Under the pieces are notes generated by a model that saw only the letters and a list, made by a program, of their open reading frames with translations, made no database searches and had not been told where the DNA came from. A program made the translations under genes and the position numbers. Positions 60,892 through 64,000 of a DNA stretch of 64,000 nt are shown piece by piece. The stretch comes from Phoronis australis (lineage: Eukaryota > Animalia > Phoronida). Each line of letters begins with the position of its first letter. Position 1 is the stretch's first letter. Where the stretch lies: NCBI GenBank assembly GCA_002633005.1, contig NMRA01000641.1, positions 48,361 to 112,360 of the forward strand. Direction: 5' to 3'.

Positions 60892-61953
60892 TAGGCTGCA
60901 TTTCTATTCTGCTCCCTTCGCCATTGTTCTCGGGCTTCGTACTTGACCGTTGCTTATTCGCTACTTGGCGGCGCTAGTAGTAGCGAACTCATAAGTAAAC
61001 ACTCCTATTGGACTACGCTCCTTGGTCTCATGCAACAAAACTCAAAATTCGAATTTATTACATAAAGACATGGGCTGTGCAGTACTGAAATAAGTGGCGA
61101 CTATAGTCCCCCACCCCCTATGGTGCGCCGCCCATGCAAGATTATTTTTCAAAAGGGTTAAAATACATTAAACGATTTTAACGACAGTCCCATGCCTGAC
61201 ACTGAATAATTACAATACAGAGACAAAATCGACGACAGTGAAGCATGAATCACAATGAAATGCCCAAAGTTTAACTAAGAATTACACTGATTTTATCTCA
61301 GACAACACTTCAACAGTTGTCCGAAGTTTTTTCATGAAAATCTTCAATTTGTTACGTGAATGTGCCTTTCTTTTGCATATCGGTGAAATCTCTCTGTTCA
61401 ACCACGTGCGTTAAGTCTAAAAGGAAAGGGACTCAGCGACGTAATAACATTATGAAATATGTGAAAAGCGCAAAAATAACTCTATTGCCACAGGTCGTTG
61501 GTCGAGGGGGTCGTGGGTCGAGGGGTTGTTTGTCCAGGTGTCTTGGGTCGAGGAGCGTGAGGGCGGAGCTGTTTTAGAACAACCCATAAAGAAGTTGTTA
61601 AAGTCGTGAAGTATTAATGTTCTATCAATTGTTTTTTCTGTTTGTTTTGCTATATATTCGGGTAATTTGGTAGACTTGTTTTTCATTTTGAAAATGCTCT
61701 TGATCACATTTTTTGTGTTGCTGGAATAAATTGAAATGTCAAGGAAAGAAACTCATACTTATTTTTTAAGTGTTTGACTTCTGAAATTGAAGTGGAAAGC
61801 TAGTGTAGAAATGTCTCTTGTAAAGTTGGTGTAGAATCCTCATTTCGTGGAAGAAGTACGATAAAAAGTGGCCAAACTGTTTTGATAGGTTTTCATTTAT
61901 TGTCAACAATTTTGAGTCGATGGGTGTTTGTTACATTTATGTTGAACTACATG

Positions 61954-62191
61954 TGTTTTATATGGGTGTATCATTAGCCGAGGTTGATGCGCCTGTTTTA
62001 TACGGGTGTATCATTAGCCGAGGTTGATGCACCTGTTTTATATGGGTGTATCATTAGCCGATGTTGATGCGCCTGTTTATATGGGTGTATTATTAGCCGA
62101 GGTTGATGCGCCTGTTTTATATGGATGTATCATTAGCCGATGTTGATGCGCCTGTTTATATGGATGTATCATTAGCCGAGGTTGATGCGCC
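61954..62191. repeat. ~40-bp minisatellite, about 6 copies
   Basis: Unit TGTTTTATATGGGTGTATCATTAGCCGAGGTTGATGCGCC. Confidence 0.95.
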
Positions 62192-64000
62192 GTCTGAGAA
62201 TTTTCAAGAGGCCGAACATATTCAAACAACACACTTAGGTTATCTCAAACCTTATTTTGTGGCCTCCATTCTAACTCGTATATCAAACAACTAAGCTTTG
62301 TCTACTAGTAAAAGTATATATTTTCTGAAAGAAAAAAGGTCAGGAAATATAAAATTATGTTTTGCACTTAGGTGCCATTACTATTATTACGTTAACACCT
62401 TATTAAGTCAAAATTTCATTTTCAAGAAAGGTACATTCAAAGCAAAATAACCCCTCAGTCGATTTTAATGAAACCTTTTTTTAAGGAATTTTCGATTAGT
62501 CTTTTCGATTGGTTTCTATGACAAATCAACACGCGAAACGTAAGGTATTTTTGTAAAAAATAGAAGTCGTATTCGTCTTTGTTACAGTACGCAAAAACTA
62601 GGCTTTCATATCAAAAATCCTAAAAGAATATTTGAGATTGATGAATAAATATTACGTTTGGAAAGTTTCAGCGAAATCCACCAAGCCGTTTTCGAAATCT
62701 CGTATTCCTACCTTCAAATATAGTCGATTTGTGGCACCAGCGGCACCTTCAAAACCAAAGTTGAGAAACACCGGCGAGGTCGTTTCTACTCATGTCTATT
62801 GGATATTATTAGTCGGAGATACGCATTTTTAATTTTTTGCTAAGGTGCTAGGTTTATTTATGAATGTTAGGTTTCTTTATGAATATTAATACCACTAATT
62901 TCTTATGAAAATTTTCTAATCAAATGCCCAATGTATGAAAAGTAAATAACAATAACCTTCTCATATTTTGTATTCCTTATTTGTTTTATGGTGTATTCTA
63001 TTATGTTGTGGTCTCCCTCCATTTCTCCATCCCTCCCTCACTCTCTCTCGCTGCCTTCCTCCCTCCTTCACGTATCTTAAGTTTGCACAAAAGAATAATG
63101 GAAAATTTCAAAAATAATTTCCAGCTCGATTTAAAGTAAAAAAGAATAGACCGCAGGCCCTCACGTCTCGAAAAGTGTGCGAGCGTGTGTAGTGCGTGTG
63201 CGCACTTGTATGAATGAGTCATCAGCTATGTTTCTTCTTCATTTGTATGCAATATTCGTGACAAAAATCTATCATGGTCAAAAAAAGAAAACCATTGTTT
63301 TTGTGATTTTATTCTAGCAGCCAGTATTTATTGAAGCATTTCTGTTGCACTAGCAGTATTTATTGAAGCAAGCGCAACGGTGCCATTTTTATCAATATCC
63401 GATGGAACAGTGATTTGCAATGCAGATGCTGGCACTTCAAATCAAGTTCCAATAGAACAGTGGTTTGCAATGCAGAGGTATGCGGCTCAAATGAAAACCA
63501 GATATCAATCAGTTTTCAATTCAGTGAACAGAAATCGTGTGCAACGAAGAAATCCAATGCCAATACTAGAGGCAGCCTCGTCCCCAAACCTCAAGATGGT
63601 GCTGATGGGTTTTGAGGCCTGGTTATGGCAATGAGCTCCTGGTATAGCTCATTGGTTATTGGAAATGAAATGTGTCAGAATTCTGACACAATTTTTTTCG
63701 GAAATTACCGGAATATCACGAGTAATATAATTTTAAAAATTTCTGCAGTTTTATACAAAAATGAAAACTTACAGTATGTTTAGCAATTTAGGTCCAAATT
63801 ATTGAAAAAATGCTTTATTTTGATTCGAAAACAGATTAATTTCTCTGATGCCATTAATAAAAAAGAATTGAAAATAAGTACGGGAACAACCTTTATTTCA
63901 AACACTAACCAAAACAACGCCTTCTGCTTCGTGAATGGCAGCAACAACGCCTGTGAAAATAGATAAAGTTTGCCTTTGTTTTAAGGACGTCAAGGCAGCA

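Larger units (their letters stand above)
55520..61321. repeat. Right arm of the old inverted duplication
   Basis: Reverse complement of 38602-35484 and then of 16552-15624, with arm-specific extra segments at 58406-58705 and ~58750-60945. Confidence 0.85.

Noticed and set aside
61450-61950. Penelope-like ORF remnant (VSFLDISI, NNFFMG)
   Set aside because: The motifs are short, in different frames and not in the expected order; unsupported without an HMM search.
61954-62191. Possible CRISPR array or repeat protein (ORF 62103-62294)
   Set aside because: Spacer-less minisatellite with variable 39-41-bp units that break the frame.
63380-63634. 84-aa ORF
   Set aside because: Non-ATG start, no recognisable domain and no splice support.

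Overview
Repeat-rich, AT-rich animal genomic DNA; the transposon families suggest a marine invertebrate (inference). There is one convincing host gene, an intronless class A GPCR (47357-48343, minus), and one intact transposase ORF, Harbinger (30463-31527, minus). The main hidden structure is a decayed Kolobok DNA transposon (~16557-32025) with convergent THAP-transposase and KolX/P2X7-C-like genes. It has been inflated to ~15.5 kb by nested insertions: a Gmr1-like Gypsy element (itself carrying a small Kolobok), an inverted solo LTR, a SINE and a Harbinger (carrying a MITE). This stack sits in one arm of an old inverted duplication (15624-38602 versus 55520-61321). The other arm keeps the empty site, reading TTAA-AT-TTAA, and the spacer between the arms holds the GPCR. 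Also present are a second degenerate Gypsy interrupted by an Academ-like element, Penelope fragments, an AMSH/STAMBP-like JAMM pseudogene, palindromic MITEs and micro/minisatellites. Three near-identical tandem duplications adjoin single-N joins and are probably assembly artefacts. All calls are by eye, with no database search. No CRISPR array, rRNA or convincing tRNA gene was seen, and no wholly new biological system could be established.
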